From positions 24,325-88,324 of the forward strand of contig CADCCZ010000008.1 in the NCBI GenBank assembly GCA_902800045.1: a DNA stretch of 64,000 nt, read 5' to 3'. A program made the position numbers and the translations under genes. Positions within the stretch are counted from its first letter, which is position 1. Each line of letters opens with the position of its first letter. The notes beneath the pieces were generated by a model. It was not told the DNA's origin and made no database searches. It saw only the letters and a program-made list of their open reading frames with translations. This DNA is from an uncultured Bacteroidia bacterium (GTDB lineage: Bacteria; Bacteroidota; Bacteroidia; Bacteroidales; ML635J-15). Below, piece after piece: positions 55,501 to 64,000 of the stretch.

Positions 55501-58500
55501 TCAAGCGTAGTGAAGGTGTTGATATCACTCCAATCGGTTGGAGAGCCGTCGCAGACTCCCTGTACCTGCCACTCGTAATTTGTCAATGGAGTGAGACCTG
55601 TAATTGTGGCAGTCGTTGTATTCACTTCTACAGTTTCCCAGTCGGTAGCTGCAACAGGCGCACCACCTAACTGCACATTATCAATATGCAGGTCGTTGTC
55701 GCCACCGCTAGCTGTTGATTCGCCATAGAAAGCAATCTTAACTGTCTGACCAATGTAAGACGTGAGGTCAATATTTACATTCTCTCCTGCGGTTTCTATT
55801 TCATTATAGACGTATGAAGACCCGCTGTTGTTCCATTCTCGCAGAATGTGCCATGCATTGTCGGCATAAATCAAAACTACAAACCTGTCATCATCGCAAG
55901 TTCCAGATGCCGCACTATTTGAATTATATGCAGTCAAAGCCAGGTCAAAATTCAATGCAGAACCTGCAGCAAGTGTTTGCTCCGGAGTCACAAGCCAATA
56001 ATAACATGAGCCACCCCATATATTAACTTTAGCATTATATGAACCCAATGCATATTCGGATGTGTACCAACCAGAATATGTTGACAATGTAGTATTTCCA
56101 CTAATTACCTCATCGACCAAACCGCTGTATTGTGTCCAGCCTGTAGGAATAGAATTTGCATCAAAATTTTCCGATAATGGTTCTATCGCAGGTTCCCTGT
56201 ATCTAACAGTATAACTATCGCTATTACCAGTCCAATTCAAGGTTGCGGTTGTGGACGTCGTATCCGAAACGTTGAGACTAACTGGAGGAAGGCATGTTCC
56301 GATATTTATATCATCAATATACACATAATAATAATCATCATCTGCAGAACGGATTGCTATCCTTTCGGCATAGTCTGGAACATTAACAAAAGATGTTGCA
56401 TACTGCTGGTATTCCGTAGTGAGATTGAATGATTCTACCATAGTAAATGCACCATTGCTTACATAGCCAATTTCTATTTCCTTGGGGATTTCACTTGCCT
56501 TTGCCCACAACGAAATCATCAAAGTGTTGATATTATTCATAGGCGGCAATGCTATGATATTTTCGGCACTAGGATGATACATATATAGATACCCATCACC
56601 TCCATGTGCATAATAGCTATAACTATAAACGTAAGGCCATGAATCGTATCCAACAATGCGCTTCCAACAATCTGGAATAGAATAATCTGCCACCGACTCA
56701 AAATCCTCTGTCCATGTACCAGTAACATCTATTGCTGCACATTCGGTTGTAAACGATACGCCACCACTCCAATCACTCAAGTCACCGCCACAATCAGTCT
56801 GTGCATAAACACGATATGCTGTATTAGGAACCAAACCTGTAAAAACATTAGGTGATACTGTATTATCTTGATACAATACCTGATAAACATCTGTTTTATC
56901 GTAACCATTACTTCCATTCGCAACAATAAACTCATAGTGTTTTCCAGCCTCGAAAGAATAGTTGTCTGCTCGTCCACCAACATTACCATACTCACTTGCT
57001 ATCCACATTCTATCTCCATCGGTTGGATTGGTAATACACCAGTCGTATGTACCAGCTGGTATTGTAATCGTAATACTATTATTAATAACAATATTACTAG
57101 TACTCAATGCGCCATCAGCATTTTCTGGAATTTTATACTCGAATTCAGCGTAAACACTAGCATCTGCATCTCCGGAAGATGTTAAACCGCCAGAAGTTGG
57201 GATAGTTGTTCCGTATGCTGTTGCAGTGGCATCAAGCAGCATCTGATAGCCCGAGCCATCTCCCCACACATCACCAGCAGTCAAGGTTATTACTGCATAT
57301 CCCTGCGGTATATCATTAATGTAAGGTGACCCAAAATTATACGAAGCACCAGCTCCTACCAAAGACACCGTTGCCGATGTAGCAGAAATATTATCCACAG
57401 CAAGACCTGTCGGCTGAGGACAGGTTATTACACTAATTTTTGTATCGGAAGCTTCCATTTCGAGGGTGTACTCGTCGTTGGTGCCAGTTAATTCCGAACC
57501 CGACAAAGTGCCATGGTCGGCTACATACTCATAGAACGTGCCACCATAACTCAACAACAAATCGAGTTCGTCGCCATTGGCTCCATAAATGGTGCCGTTG
57601 TGCTTAATACCTTTGTCGTCGCCATAAACGGTAATACCACTCACTGTATATGTCGGGGCGCCGTCCATAGTAGCAGTTACACCATTTATTCCTTCAACCG
57701 TATAAGCCTGCTTGCCCTGCGCCGTACCAAACGGCTGAGTGTAATAACAGTTGTTCAATGTTATTTTAGATGATTCTCTATAGCGTGAGAATGTTGCCGA
57801 ACCGCCGCCATCGCTCCACTCACCAATCATTGTAACCTCAGCCGGAGCAAATAGGCAGTCATTAAACACCACTTTGCCCGAACTTCCATAAATGCCATAT
57901 TCGTCAAAGCCAACAAAGCCACCACTCCACTTTGTATTTGCGCCAAGCAAACTACCTGTGAAGGCACATCCTGTAAATGTAGTGGTATATTCATCATAGC
58001 CAGACGGGTATTGTCCTCTAGTTTTTGCTATGAAACCTCCATGAGTACCATCACCGTTGACAGAGGAGTTTATAGTTACATTGCTTTCGCAATTGGTGAT
58101 GGTATTGTTGCCGTAACTCTCTCCTACCAGACCACCAGCATATTTGTAAGATCCCATATTTATTGTACCAGTAGTACGCAAATCACGTATTGTAGCGCCA
58201 TATATACAACGGAAAGGTGCAGTACAGTTCCAATCCGAGGCGGTATAGTTAACTGTGATTGTATTACCTTGTCCTTCGAAAATACCCGAGAACGGATGTG
58301 TATTTGCAGGAACATCGCCCGATGCACCTGCCATCCTATCCACGGTTATATCATTGTCGAGATATACAGTTTTGCCGCTGTATGTGTAGCCGTGATTAAC
58401 ATTTGCAGCAAACTCGGTCCACAGCATCTGAGTAGATGGATCCAAAATGCTGCTGACAATATGCAGTTTCAAATGAAATACGTTGGCATTAATTATTGTG

Positions 58501-61500
58501 TTATAATTGACCATTGCAAGCGTATATTCATCGTTGGTGCCAGTCGGGTTGCTTCCCATCAGGGCACCATGGTCGGCATAATAGCTTAGTTCGCTACCAG
58601 CGGGGATGCTACCACCAGTATATCCAAGGGTAAGTGGCAAAATGTCATACCCACTATCACTATAACCGCCATAGATTTGTCCGCCGTACATCATACCATG
58701 ATCGTAAGCGGTGATTCCGCTCACACTATAGGTTTGGGTTGGAGAACCGCTCATGGCTACTGTTGTATTGGTGCCAGAGGTAACAGAGTAGGCATGCATT
58801 GCAGTGCCAGTGATGGAGGCATTGTCAGTACCATTATATCCGGAATGGGAAAAACTACCAACTTCCTTGCTATAATAAAAGTTGCTGAAAGAAAGATTCA
58901 CATTACGACCAGATGAATGAACACCTATTGGCGAAAAATTTTCGTAGTATTGATCATTATATTGCACTTGACTAGGAGAAAAATTTCCATTAAAATAACT
59001 GTCTGTAATATTGATTGTTGAATTATAATCTCCAAAACCGAACATACCGCCACGGAATCCTTCAGAAGTAAGTGTACCGTCGAAAACACAGCCGACAATG
59101 TTAGTTGTAGCACTATTGTTGTGACCGATAAGACCGCCCATATAGTTGTTCTTGTCATCGCCAATGCCTGGTGTTTCGTTTGTAACACTAGTGCTCACAT
59201 GACAGTTATAGATAGTGTTTGTACTATTGTTTTTGCAAAAACCGACCAATCCAGAGGCGTGATGAGCGGAGGTTTTTACAGTACCTGTAACATTTAGATT
59301 TTGTATTGTTGCTCCGTCAATATATCGGAAAGGAGCTGCACCTTGATAATCACTGCTAATATTACCATCACCCGAATTATCGATGTTTACTGTTATCGTA
59401 TGGGTATTCCCCTCAAAAGTACCTTTGAAAGGATGACTCGCAGTACCAACCATAGTACTTACATTTGAGATATTCGCATCAAGAGTTACCGTTTCGTTAT
59501 AGTAATCGCAAGTGCCGCTGTTTACATTAGAGCAGAACTCATCCCATTCGGCAGTAGAGGAGATGGAGGTTATGCAGGAGGCGGAAGATTGGGGTTCAAA
59601 ACCAAGTAAAATTTGATTCTTTTTCTTAGATTCATAACTTTTATTATTAGCACTTGGACTTGCTGGATTTATATTTGTATTGTCTTGATAAAAATACAAA
59701 CTCTCGTTATTGGTGCAACTGACAACAACCCAATTTGTTGAACCTTGCCAACTATCAGTATTATCATCAACAGCAATCAAAAGATTTTTTCCGTCTTCGT
59801 ATTCAAAAGGAGTGGACAAATCAATTATTGTCCAATCATTTGCCGTAAAAGTAACACTACCAGAATACACGCGGTCGCTTGAAGTAACTGCAGCATAATC
59901 GTCATTACTAGAAAAAGAACTCTTAGTGGTATTGATCATATATATGTCCAAACTACGAGTGTATCCCTGATTTCCCTTGAAACCAATACTATTGATTGTA
60001 CCGGATCTTCCTATCTCGGAAGAAGTATAAATCTGCTGCGTATAAGAAAAATCATAATACGTATGCGTTGGGAAATAGTTATTTGTTGAAGTTTCCCCCG
60101 ATCCTATAGTAATAGCATTTGTAGGCTTAAATTCGCAAGTGCTGCTCCAGTTGCTTTCGAAATTTGAACCTGCATCACAAACTGCCTTTACGCGGGCATA
60201 GTATGTTGTTTCGGCAGTTAAGCCTGTGAGTTGTGTCGAGGAAGAGCCACTTACATTTTTCGTTTGTGCACTAGTAAAACTGCTGTTTGTAGCATATTCC
60301 ACAACCCAATTAGTTGCAGTGCCGTTTTCTGTCCAACTTAGGTCGGCAATAGTGCCATTGCCAGGAGTTAGAGTTGCTGTCAAACCTGTAGGAGTACGAC
60401 AAGAAGAACAACTTACGGTGTATCTATAAAATTCACCACTTAAACCACTATCATTATGTGAATATATTTCATCGCCATTTGCATCATAGATCACAAACGA
60501 AGTTTCGGAATCATAGCTGCCACTATTCCATTTAAAACTTATACTGCTACCATCCTCAACTAAAAGTGAACCACTAGCCGAATTACCACTGCTTATTGTC
60601 CATGTTGCAAGATTAGCACTTGTTGATGCATCTTCCACACTTATTGATGCTCCATTCCATCCGTCGCCATAACTATCAGAGAGTTGGTAGGTTATTTCAC
60701 AATTATTTCCACTACTTGGCACTTTGAACTGCAATTCGGTAAGTTGGAAAACATTACCACTAGCAATCGCCGACACTTCAAAACGAAAGTACTGGTAAGT
60801 GCTTGTATTGCTCAGATTAAAAGTATAGTCCCTAAGATTAAAATCCTGAAGGGTGGTATTGTTTGTTTGTGTTTCTATTGTCGTCCATGCATCGCCAGAG
60901 TTTCTCTTGGCCTTAATGACCCAACTTCTAGGATTACGACCAGTCCAATCAGTACAGTCACCGCCTGTGGTCATCACATAACCCACTGGAACAATAGGTT
61001 CGGCGCTATGGAATTCCACATAGATAGGACTGTAACTAGAGAAAGAAGTAACGCACCACTTTGATCCTGCAGTTTTCTGATTGTCTATCAATTTAGCAGG
61101 GCTTTGGTCGGATGCATAACTGGATGTGCCATTATCGTAAGTGTACGATGTATATGTTGTCTGTCCCCACGCCTTACCACCAAAGAATAAGCAAAGCAAA
61201 ACAGCGAATGCGGTTAAGAGTGAAGAGTTAAAAGTTGCTCTTCGCCGAGCAGGAGATTGGCTGCGCCGAGCTAAAGGTGCCGCATAAACAGGCTCACTCG
61301 ACACGTTCCTTAGTCGGTTCGCTTTGTTTTGCGGAATGACGACCGACGAGAGTCGTTTTCTACCAACAGTACTAATATCTTGACAAGCCCCCCCCCCTGT
61401 AGACGAAAGAGTTAAGAGAGAAGATTCGATGATTTGAGGATTCGATGATTTGAAGATTTTCGAATTTTCAATTTCGTTGGATTTTTTTAGGGTTGTATTG

Positions 61501-61505
61501 TTCAT
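52557..61505 (-). CDS. Giant (2982 aa) adhesin-like T9SS cargo. Domains are discoidin-like, FN3-like, GLUG-motif repeats, choice-of-anchor-J-like modules and a C-terminal type A sorting domain.
   Basis: The signal-like segment LLTAFAVLLCLFFGGKAWGQ appears only at residues ~95-115. FN3-like modules are present (CRTPTGLTATL..TTYYARVKAVC). Two ~420-aa internal repeats carry GGLVG/GGLIGH-type GLUG motifs and end ..TGTNDEYTL. The C-terminal domain reads AYPNPFYGELTLEL...KKVVKQ. The true start is uncertain (ATG 61505 or GTG 61304). Confidence 0.85.
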   Translation of the reverse strand: MNNTTLKKSNEIENSKIFKSSNPQIIESSLLTLSSTGGGACQDISTVGRKRLSSVVIPQNKANRLRNVSSEPVYAAPLARRSQSPARRRATFNSSLLTAFAVLLCLFFGGKAWGQTTYTSYTYDNGTSSYASDQSPAKLIDNQKTAGSKWCVTSFSSYSPIYVEFHSAEPIVPVGYVMTTGGDCTDWTGRNPRSWVIKAKRNSGDAWTTIETQTNNTTLQDFNLRDYTFNLSNTSTYQYFRFEVSAIASGNVFQLTELQFKVPSSGNNCEITYQLSDSYGDGWNGASISVEDASTSANLATWTISSGNSASGSLLVEDGSSISFKWNSGSYDSETSFVIYDANGDEIYSHNDSGLSGEFYRYTVSCSSCRTPTGLTATLTPGNGTIADLSWTENGTATNWVVEYATNSSFTSAQTKNVSGSSSTQLTGLTAETTYYARVKAVCDAGSNFESNWSSTCEFKPTNAITIGSGETSTNNYFPTHTYYDFSYTQQIYTSSEIGRSGTINSIGFKGNQGYTRSLDIYMINTTKSSFSSNDDYAAVTSSDRVYSGSVTFTANDWTIIDLSTPFEYEDGKNLLIAVDDNTDSWQGSTNWVVVSCTNNESLYFYQDNTNINPASPSANNKSYESKKKNQILLGFEPQSSASCITSISSTAEWDEFCSNVNSGTCDYYNETVTLDANISNVSTMVGTASHPFKGTFEGNTHTITVNIDNSGDGNISSDYQGAAPFRYIDGATIQNLNVTGTVKTSAHHASGLVGFCKNNSTNTIYNCHVSTSVTNETPGIGDDKNNYMGGLIGHNNSATTNIVGCVFDGTLTSEGFRGGMFGFGDYNSTINITDSYFNGNFSPSQVQYNDQYYENFSPIGVHSSGRNVNLSFSNFYYSKEVGSFSHSGYNGTDNASITGTAMHAYSVTSGTNTTVAMSGSPTQTYSVSGITAYDHGMMYGGQIYGGYSDSGYDILPLTLGYTGGSIPAGSELSYYADHGALMGSNPTGTNDEYTLAMVNYNTIINANVFHLKLHIVSSILDPSTQMLWTEFAANVNHGYTYSGKTVYLDNDITVDRMAGASGDVPANTHPFSGIFEGQGNTITVNYTASDWNCTAPFRCIYGATIRDLRTTGTINMGSYKYAGGLVGESYGNNTITNCESNVTINSSVNGDGTHGGFIAKTRGQYPSGYDEYTTTFTGCAFTGSLLGANTKWSGGFVGFDEYGIYGSSGKVVFNDCLFAPAEVTMIGEWSDGGGSATFSRYRESSKITLNNCYYTQPFGTAQGKQAYTVEGINGVTATMDGAPTYTVSGITVYGDDKGIKHNGTIYGANGDELDLLLSYGGTFYEYVADHGTLSGSELTGTNDEYTLEMEASDTKISVITCPQPTGLAVDNISATSATVSLVGAGASYNFGSPYINDIPQGYAVITLTAGDVWGDGSGYQMLLDATATAYGTTIPTSGGLTSSGDADASVYAEFEYKIPENADGALSTSNIVINNSITITIPAGTYDWCITNPTDGDRMWIASEYGNVGGRADNYSFEAGKHYEFIVANGSNGYDKTDVYQVLYQDNTVSPNVFTGLVPNTAYRVYAQTDCGGDLSDWSGGVSFTTECAAIDVTGTWTEDFESVADYSIPDCWKRIVGYDSWPYVYSYSYYAHGGDGYLYMYHPSAENIIALPPMNNINTLMISLWAKASEIPKEIEIGYVSNGAFTMVESFNLTTEYQQYATSFVNVPDYAERIAIRSADDDYYYVYIDDINIGTCLPPVSLNVSDTTSTTATLNWTGNSDSYTVRYREPAIEPLSENFDANSIPTGWTQYSGLVDEVISGNTTLSTYSGWYTSEYALGSYNAKVNIWGGSCYYWLVTPEQTLAAGSALNFDLALTAYNSNSAASGTCDDDRFVVLIYADNAWHILREWNNSGSSYVYNEIETAGENVNIDLTSYIGQTVKIAFYGESTASGGDNDLHIDNVQLGGAPVAATDWETVEVNTTTATITGLTPLTNYEWQVQGVCDGSPTDWSDINTFTTLDPCHTPYNLVTSNVAATSADLSWTGSQQSYNVRYREVITEAVNLKYDFENRTMQGCTTIDADGDGNSWSISSGGNTGNYCIQSSYTPSGSGYNANNWLISPQITLGGEISFYAKQYGSDERFQVFVSTSGTNTSDFTAISDVINPSTTYQQYTYSLSAYSGQGYIAIVHTSVVAYAWYIYVDDISIVKPGEYGSWITLNGVTSPSTITGLNPDTNYEWQVQGVNCDGLGATTDWSELMTFTTPLCDIINITVDNPWTEDFEGYDIVQDQASPLSRCWATPLSHQNSYPSGIKSPYVFGSYEPAAHNGSKSVELKSNTSDKIMLVLPEFENDLNTLAFEFYANSNGNDTYPEGVMEIGYITDVNDPSTFHVLYDNQKSLTPRGSSGNNSACKFMGPYCFASVNEPGRIAIRYTSGTSAGSNQKCTNIDDLKVYINVPDIDQTLSSYDYIWRGTTSTDWNTSSNWYLYDSENERYSVASGVMPTGTKSYYIGTGGQCMPEDQWPILDADVNVRNITITEDAALSIEADRTLSISGNIENNGILTVGDNSSIIFNGSLPQTVSGSSLPLFNVEFRNSSGITFDGVEPIVSNQANFISGIVNGDMAFGASASTTGAKIASHVNGTVTKTGNGSSFVFPTGNDNVLGTITATVGSGKVATVKFNHSTATNADGTHGFTLEQLPRWWNINDMCSSDGASRFDHVSNYEYWNVTTTEALSGITLTVDAADAASHFSTAPADGPNENICAAAHYNCWKNLGGSANVSEGNITVTGVTLPLAISRAGDVDFSGILTLGSKSEDVVLPIELTSFTATCDGRSVLVEWTTATERNNDYFVLERSDDAINFTDLARVAGAGNSIDPIDYAYTDYGIHGGDNYYRLVQVDYDGTRAVSEVVVVNCIETAAGEPDVQAYPNPFYGELTLELDNFDNRPARIDVYDMLGKLIYTDKVASPQNYYETVLNLSNLPPATYTVRVSTADFVINKKVVKQ
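61388..61397 (-). repeat. Homopolymer tract: C10 on the plus strand, G10 on the coding strand
   Basis: It lies inside the annotated 5' part of the giant ORF (codons TGGGA), upstream of the signal-peptide-like segment. Confidence 0.95.
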
Positions 61506-61516
61506 GGGTAATTTAT

Positions 61517-61578
61517 AATTGACAATTAGCTACGCTGAGCTGAAGGTTGATAATGGACAATGGATAATTAATAATGGG
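61517..61578. repeat. Copy of the ~65-nt word block also found at 47638-47709
   Basis: Sequence aattgacaattagctacgctgagctgaaggttgataatggacaatggataattaataatgggg. Confidence 0.8.
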
Positions 61579-61884
61579 GTTATGATAGAGGATTTGATAA
61601 TTTGGGAATGCTGCTTCGATAAATGAGGAAACAGAATTATTTACAATAGGCTGATTATAAATGCTTTTACGCCACCCTATCGGGTTTGAGGCACTATGGC
61701 ATAATACATTGATAATGCACGACACACTAAACAATTTCATAAAATAAAGTAACAAACAAAAATAAAACAACTAACAAAGGTGTAAAAATATAAATTTCAC
61801 GAGAAACTATAGTACCACAAAGAGGTTTTTATACAAAATGGAGAGTAAGGAATATTTGAAGCAGAATTGGTGAGAGAAAAGGAG

Positions 61885-62190
61885 AAAACGACAATAGGAA
61901 CAACAACAAACAACAAAGTTCCTCGCAGGGCTCGGAACAACAAAAAAAGAAAACGACAACATGGACAACATAAGACAACAAGGGGTTCCTCGCGGAGCTC
62001 GGAACGAATATTTTTTACCACGAATTGCACGAATTTACACGAATATGTTCCTCGCAAGGCTCAGAACGGAAAGAAGAAACGACAACAGGAACAACAACAA
62101 ACAACAAGGAACAACAAGGTTCCTCGAGAGGCTCGGAAAAAAGGTTGTCATAAGTTGTCTTGGTTGTCGTAAAAAGAAGAAAACGACAGC
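61885..62190 (-). repeat. Composite intergenic element, copy D (upstream of the giant gene)
   Basis: Same module order as copy C. 21-mers lie at 61918, 61985, 62047 and 62119. The submodule cctttagctcggcgtagccaat is missing. Confidence 0.85.
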
Positions 62191-62245
62191 TTTTCCATCG
62201 CAGCTACCGCTGCTACATATATGTGACCCCGCTGGGGTCGGTGAA
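62189..62245. repeat. 57-nt triple-palindrome element, copy 2
   Basis: Sequence gcttttccatcGCAGCtaccGCTGCtACATATATGTGACCCCgctGGGGTCggtga. It cuts into a starting AAAACGACA word arm. Confidence 0.8.
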
Positions 62246-62343
62246 GCGACCAACAACTACCGCAATGTTTCTTGCCCCATCAACCCTAAGGTCCTCAAAA
62301 ACCTTAAGGGCGTTATACTTGGGCAAAAACATGACTGCGGGAA

Positions 62344-63630
62344 CTACATAAGCGCCGCAAGCGCATACAGCGGTATATTTTCCATCCAGCCTTGGTCGAT
62401 GTGTGGTTTCATCGAAAATCTAACACCTTTCAAATCAGGATGCTTTTCGATAAATGTCCTGAGCGATTTTGAACGGACATTTTCTTCGGCCTTGACCTCC
62501 ATAGGACATATCCTACCTGAAATTTGTGCGATAAAATCAATCTCGACCCTCGAATCGTTTGTCGAATAATAATACATCTGAATGCCCCTTGACACAAATT
62601 GCGAAAGCACAAATTCCTCGGCAAATGCACCCTTATACTCGACAAATATATTGTTGCCGACCATTATGTCCGCTGCCTGGACATCCATCATCGCACCAAG
62701 CAAACCGACATCAAGCATAAACAATTTGAAGACATTTTGCTCGGAATAAAAACGCAAAGGCAAATGCGGCTCCGTCACCCGATGGACCTTATATACCAAA
62801 CCCATATCCATAAGCCATTGTATTGCAAGCTCAAATTCGCTTGCCCGACCGCCTTTCTTTACCTCGCTGTACTGAAACTTCTTGTTTTCCTTGGCAAGCT
62901 GACGGGGAATGTTGTTCCACACAAGATTTATCCGTGCAACCTCCCTGCTGTCGGGATGTTTCGAGAAATCGTGCGAATAGTCGAAAAGAATCTGTTTCTG
63001 CATGTTTCGCACTTGTATAAGTCCGGCTTCTTCAGAATATGCCTTCACAACAGCTGGCATTCCTCCCACATAATAGTACTGGCGAAGAAAATCCATGTAC
63101 ATCGACGACAATGCATCAATCAGCTTCCAGTCGCCACTATGCAGCAACTGAACAAGCTGCTCCTTGCCCATCGCCAACAGGAATTCCTCAAAGTCCATAG
63201 GGTACAATTGCAGCATGTCAACTTTCCCCACAGGAAAAGAAATGCCCTTGTGCAACATTATACCAAGCAGCGAACCTGCAACGGCAATATGGTATTCGGG
63301 GGCATCTTCGCAAAAATATTTCAACGCAGTCAATGCACGCGGATATTCCTGTATCTCGTCAATTATGATTAATGTCTCGCCCGGACGAATGTCAACTCCC
63401 GACATCGCCGACAAAGCCATTATCATACGCCTTGTGTCGAAATCTGTAAATACGAATTCTATATTTTCGGCTTTCTCACAGTTGATATAAGCCACCGATT
63501 TGTATTCTTCCCTGCCAAAATTTTGAAGCAACCAGGTCTTTCCAACTTGACGCGCACCATTCAAAATCAATGGTTTCCTGCTGGTATTATTCTTCCATTT
63601 TACTAAATCGTTGAATAACAGTCGTTTCAT
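62344..63630 (-). CDS. AAA+ ATPase with a DUF4143-type C-terminal domain
   Basis: Track ORF 62344..63774 trimmed to ATG 63630 (MKRLLFNDLVKWKNNTSRKPLILNGARQVGKTWLL, which includes Walker A). The 48 upstream codons are translated 33-bp repeats. The architecture matches the widespread ATPase-plus-DUF4143 family. Confidence 0.8.
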   Translation of the reverse strand: MKRLLFNDLVKWKNNTSRKPLILNGARQVGKTWLLQNFGREEYKSVAYINCEKAENIEFVFTDFDTRRMIMALSAMSGVDIRPGETLIIIDEIQEYPRALTALKYFCEDAPEYHIAVAGSLLGIMLHKGISFPVGKVDMLQLYPMDFEEFLLAMGKEQLVQLLHSGDWKLIDALSSMYMDFLRQYYYVGGMPAVVKAYSEEAGLIQVRNMQKQILFDYSHDFSKHPDSREVARINLVWNNIPRQLAKENKKFQYSEVKKGGRASEFELAIQWLMDMGLVYKVHRVTEPHLPLRFYSEQNVFKLFMLDVGLLGAMMDVQAADIMVGNNIFVEYKGAFAEEFVLSQFVSRGIQMYYYSTNDSRVEIDFIAQISGRICPMEVKAEENVRSKSLRTFIEKHPDLKGVRFSMKPHIDQGWMENIPLYALAALM

Positions 63631-63638
63631 AATTACAA

Positions 63639-63724
63639 TACATTTTTTTGCACGAATATTCGCCACAAAATTACATTTTTTTGCACGAATAAAGAGACAA
63701 TTTTTACATTTTTTTGCACGTAAA
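63639..63724. repeat. Three 33-bp direct repeats (TACATTTTTTTGCACGAAT core) upstream of the ATPase gene
   Basis: Cores lie at 63639-63657, 63672-63690 and 63705-63720. Confidence 0.85.
63666..63673 (-). promoter_or_regulatory. Candidate -7 box TAATTTTG (minus strand)
   Basis: 35 nt upstream of the ATPase ATG 63630, between 33-bp repeat units 1 and 2. Confidence 0.4.
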
Positions 63725-63742
63725 GGGGCGAGAAGGCGGGAG

Positions 63743-64000
63743 AAAACGACAACAGGAACAACACGAGACAACAAAAGGTTCCTCGCGGAGCTCGGAACGA
63801 ATATTTTTTACCACGAACCTTTAGCTCGGCGTAGCCAATTACACGAATATACACGAATAGGATTCCTCGCGGAGCTCGGAATGGAAAGAAGAAAACGACA
63901 ACAAAAACAACATAAAACAACAAGGAACAACAAAGGGGGTTCCTCGCAGGGCTCGGAAAAAAAGTTGTCAAAGGTTGTCATAAGTTGTCTTGGTTGTCGT
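63743..64000 (-). repeat. Composite intergenic element, copy H (upstream of the ATPase gene, runs to the window end)
   Basis: Collinear with copy C at roughly 85-90 percent identity by eye. 21-mers lie at 63778, 63862 and 63939. Confidence 0.85.

Noticed and set aside
61513-61770. 85-aa ORF immediately upstream of the giant gene.
   Set aside because: It is AT-rich and low-complexity, overlaps the shared word block, and has no recognisable family. The region is more likely leader or promoter sequence.
1-64000. rRNA, tRNA, transposase, integrase or prophage genes.
   Set aside because: Every intergenic region of 50 nt or more was read by eye and no tRNA-like T-arm or anticodon-arm architecture was seen. 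No ORF in the track resembles a recombinase. Absence is by inspection only and was not checked with tRNAscan or Infernal.

Overview
The window looks like a Bacteroidota (Bacteroidales-like) chromosomal segment. The evidence is many TAnnTTTG -7 promoter boxes, a fused SecDF, and a dense type IX secretion (T9SS) theme. I call about 31 protein genes. Housekeeping genes include fbp, pgk, gcvH, ruvA, secDF, a deoxynucleoside kinase, S46 and M16 peptidases, an acyl-ACP thioesterase, a Na+/solute symporter and a cation/H+ antiporter. T9SS genes are the sprA translocon, an adjacent PorP/SprF and PorE-like pair, and at least five cargo-type genes. The cargo set includes a 2982-aa adhesin-like giant and a partial gene of more than 1176 aa. 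That partial gene runs off the window start and is missing from the ORF track. There are three small accessory islands. One is a DpnI-like methyl-directed restriction enzyme lying between the remnants of two DNA methyltransferase genes. The others are a GxxExxY nuclease-fold gene and an AAA+/DUF4143 ATPase. I saw no rRNA, tRNA, CRISPR array, transposase or integrase. The most unusual content is non-coding. At least eight intergenic regions are filled with families of short structured repeats:
- a 21-nt GTTCC-N11-GGAAC motif (16 copies);
- a composite element of roughly 260-450 nt present in the same orientation upstream of five transcription units;
- roughly 115-nt imperfect hairpins built from GACAAC/GTTGTC words at about 10-nt spacing;
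- strictly phased 8-nt arrays;
- roughly 17-nt arrays of C(GNA)G mini-hairpins with compensatory stem changes, one of which carries a MITE-like structured insertion.

Other oddities are a PGK with an extra degenerate PGK C-domain fused at its N-terminus and a G10 tract in the 5' part of the giant adhesin ORF. All calls rest on reading the sequence and the supplied translations. No searches or computations were run, and the GC statements are by eye.
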